From positions 672,001 through 736,000 of the forward strand of contig CBDCNP010000002.1 in assembly GCA_965219415.1 (NCBI GenBank): DNA of 64,000 nucleotides, written 5' to 3'. This stretch comes from Candidatus Marinacidobacterales bacterium (GTDB taxonomy: Bacteria > Acidobacteriota > Vicinamibacteria > Marinacidobacterales > DATDRI01). Position numbers and translations under genes: made by a program. A model generated the notes under the pieces. That model had not been told where the DNA came from. It made no database searches and worked only from the letters and a program-made list of their open reading frames with translations. Position 1 is the stretch's first letter, and every line of letters starts with the position of its first letter. Positions 61,897 through 64,000 of this stretch are shown one piece after another.

Positions 61897-62931
61897 CTAC
61901 GCGGCGCCAGCCGGGGCTGCGGCCTCGCCTTGCTCTTGCCCCGGCAGCTCGAAGTCGTCGGGTTCGAACGCTTCCGCTGCTAATTCGTTGAAGCGCTCGA
62001 CGCTCGACTCCATCAGCTCCGGTCTCCGCCACTCAAGCTCGTCAGGTGCTTTTCCACTCACCCAAATGTTTCCCGCGTGCAACATGCGGTGGTGAACGAA
62101 ACAGAGCGTCAGCACATTGGACGGCGAGTCGCTCTCCGCTCGACTCTTCTTTCCGGTATGACTGCGAAAGACAATGTGATGCGGGTGAAGTCCACACATC
62201 ACGGAGCAACCTGGATACTGGCACCGGTACTCGTCTCGTTTGAGAACCTCGAGTTGAGCCTTGGTGAAACGTACGGGAACGGGGGGCGGCAGCTCATCGC
62301 CCTCAGGGCACGCCGACGGAGCGCCCTCTGTAGCGGAGGCTTCCACGATCTCGACGTCCTGCTCCGCCATGTATTCGTATGTCGCGAGGAACTCTCCACA
62401 TATGAGGTCGAGACATCGGCCCGGGTCGATTTCTTCGCCCGCCATTCTTCGGCAGATTTCCATCGCTCGAGCGACGACAGCAGTCTGCTCACCAGTCAAC
62501 CACCAGTTCACGTTGCTCCCGCCGGGTTGGAGTTGATCGCGGATATGCCTTTCGAGTTGTCGCGTCGAAAGGCTGACGGCTTTGTCCAGCCACTCCTTTT
62601 CGTCCTTGGCGGTTGCGACCATGGCGACCTTGGACGCCTTGGTCCAGCCAATGTCTCCCCGTGCCAGGGCCTCGGTGACCTTGGGTAGAGCGAGAAGCTT
62701 CCGGCCCAGAGCCAGCAATTGCCGGATCTTGCTCGGAGAGAAGCCGAGGAGCTCCAGCGCATAGTCCTCGACGTTGGCGAAGCCGAAGTCCTCGTATCCA
62801 CGTCGTCGCTTTATCTGTAACAAATAAAGGCAGATAAGTCTCTCCGACCTCTGATAGGCCTGGACCTCTTTTTCCAGCCGCCGGTGCAGCTCGGCAATGG
62901 CAAGTTGTTGATAGGATTGAAGTTTTTTCAT
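61897..62931 (-). CDS. DUF222-like HNH endonuclease
   Basis: N-terminal helical region (GFANVEDYA..LPKVTEALARGDIGWTKA) and C-terminal RDEYRCQYPGC..HHIVFRS..NVLTLCFVHHRMLH. Confidence 0.85.
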   Translation of the reverse strand: MKKLQSYQQLAIAELHRRLEKEVQAYQRSERLICLYLLQIKRRRGYEDFGFANVEDYALELLGFSPSKIRQLLALGRKLLALPKVTEALARGDIGWTKASKVAMVATAKDEKEWLDKAVSLSTRQLERHIRDQLQPGGSNVNWWLTGEQTAVVARAMEICRRMAGEEIDPGRCLDLICGEFLATYEYMAEQDVEIVEASATEGAPSACPEGDELPPPVPVRFTKAQLEVLKRDEYRCQYPGCSVMCGLHPHHIVFRSHTGKKSRAESDSPSNVLTLCFVHHRMLHAGNIWVSGKAPDELEWRRPELMESSVERFNELAAEAFEPDDFELPGQEQGEAAAPAGAA

Positions 62932-63059
62932 GACACCCTCCATTCGAAGTATATTAGATATTTTAGCAATTATTTAAAGAATATAAAAGAAAAAATAAAG
63001 AAATAACGAGTCTAAGCAACTGTAAAATAAATGGTTATACTTCTGGCTCAACTTCGCTC

Positions 63060-63171
63060 ATGAGCTGCGGCCCCGAGGACATGGGCTGCGGTTCTAAGGA
63101 ATGGGCTGCGGCTCGAGGGAATGGGCTGCGGCTCGAGGGAATGGGCTGCGGCTCGAGGGAATGGGCTGCGG
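63060..63171. repeat. Tandem array of about 5.5 x 20-bp units, consensus ATGGGCTGCGGCTCGAGGGA
   Basis: Units start at 63060, 63081, 63101, 63121, 63141 and 63161 (partial). The first two units have variant 3' halves. Confidence 0.95.
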
Positions 63172-63235
63172 AGACGGCCGGAGCCATTGACTTTTCAGAC
63201 CGGGAAGCCGTATTTTCCACTACGATAGGAAGCGA

Positions 63236-64000
63236 ATGTCCCTCACTCCTGGCACAAAGCTGGGCTCGTACGAAATCACCGAGCGAATTGGTGCGGGCGG
63301 GATGGGAGAAGTTTTCCGTGCCCGCGACATCAAGCTCGGCCGTGAAGTCGCCATCAAGGTTCTGCCCGAAGAGTTCGCCAAAGACCGCGAGCGCCTCACC
63401 CGCTTCGAGCGAGAGGCACGTCTTCTTGCCTCTCTCAATCATCCGCACATCGCTACCATTCATGGGTTGGAGACCGTGGACGGCACGAACTTCTTGGTCA
63501 TGGAGCTCGTGCCCGGTGAGACCTTGGCGGTTAAGATCGCACGCGGTCCCATCTCCCTCGGTGACGCACTGCCTCTCTTTCAGCAAATCGCGGAGGGGCT
63601 TCAGGCGGCACACGAGAAGGGCATCATCCATCGCGATCTGAAACCCGCGAACATTCAAGATCACGCCGGAAGACAACGTCAAGCTGCTGGACTTCGGGCT
63701 GGCGAAGGCTTTCGAAGAGGAGCCGGACCCATCAGCCGATCTTTCACAGTCCCCCACCCTCACGCGTGGCACGGCTGCCGGAGTTATTCTCGGCACTGCT
63801 CCCTACATGAGCCCTGAGCAGGCGCGAGGCAAGCCTGTGGATCAGAGGGGCGACATCTGGGCCTTCGGTTGTTGCCTCTTCGAGGCGCTCACCGGTCGTG
63901 TCGCGTTTCTGGGAGAAACCGTTTCCGACACGCTCTCGGCAATTCTCGGAAAAGAACCGGAGTGGCAAAGAATCCCCCGAAACACGCCACGACGCGTGCA
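63236..64000 (+). CDS. Ser/Thr protein kinase (frameshift near 63655; runs off the window)
   Basis: IGAGGMGEVFRARD, VAIKVLP and HRDLKPANI, then in the next frame VKLLDFGLAK..GTAPYMSPEQ. Upstream TTGACT-18-TATTTT promoter-like site at 63187-63216. Confidence 0.9.

Noticed and set aside
63060-63171. CRISPR array
   Set aside because: The period is only 20 bp, three units are identical, there are no unique spacers of CRISPR length and no cas genes. Kept as a tandem repeat.
1-64000. tRNA, rRNA or tmRNA genes
   Set aside because: No cloverleaf with T-loop/CCA or rRNA-like conserved segments were noticed in the intergenic regions by eye; not confirmed by tRNAscan or Infernal.

Overview
GC-rich (roughly 60%, by eye) bacterial chromosomal window. 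The many eukaryote-like Ser/Thr kinase-TPR, DUF4388, PilZ and PKD genes suggest Acidobacteriota or a myxobacteria-like lineage (inference only). The housekeeping core is intact: prfB with its programmed +1 frameshift, lnt, SPOR protein, nfeD-stomatin, greA, trmH-type methylase, rarA, dnaK-dnaJ-hspR, a sigma-70 factor plus DnaC-like ATPase, sppA, class II nrdJ with tandem NrdR boxes, mtaB, lutABC and HIT. It is mixed with many signalling genes carrying frameshifts, in-frame stops or large internal deletions. Mobile DNA comprises the end of an IS3, an IS256 with an 8-bp TSD that splits a PAS histidine kinase exactly, a complete ISL3 with an 8-bp TSD, a RAYT-like HUH transposase, REP-like palindromes and a DUF222-like HNH gene next to a 20-bp tandem array. 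Signals missed by the ORF track: a probable exported selenocysteine peroxiredoxin, a recurrent ~21-bp intergenic motif near a small RHH-like gene, a cluster of DnaA-box matches, a structured nrdJ leader, a beta-barrel/cupredoxin/two-component module, and relics of lon, an NtrC regulator, a type IIG R-M gene and a CHAT-(NACHT)-HEAT gene. No rRNA, tRNA or CRISPR array was seen. All family calls come from motif recognition by eye; no searches were run.
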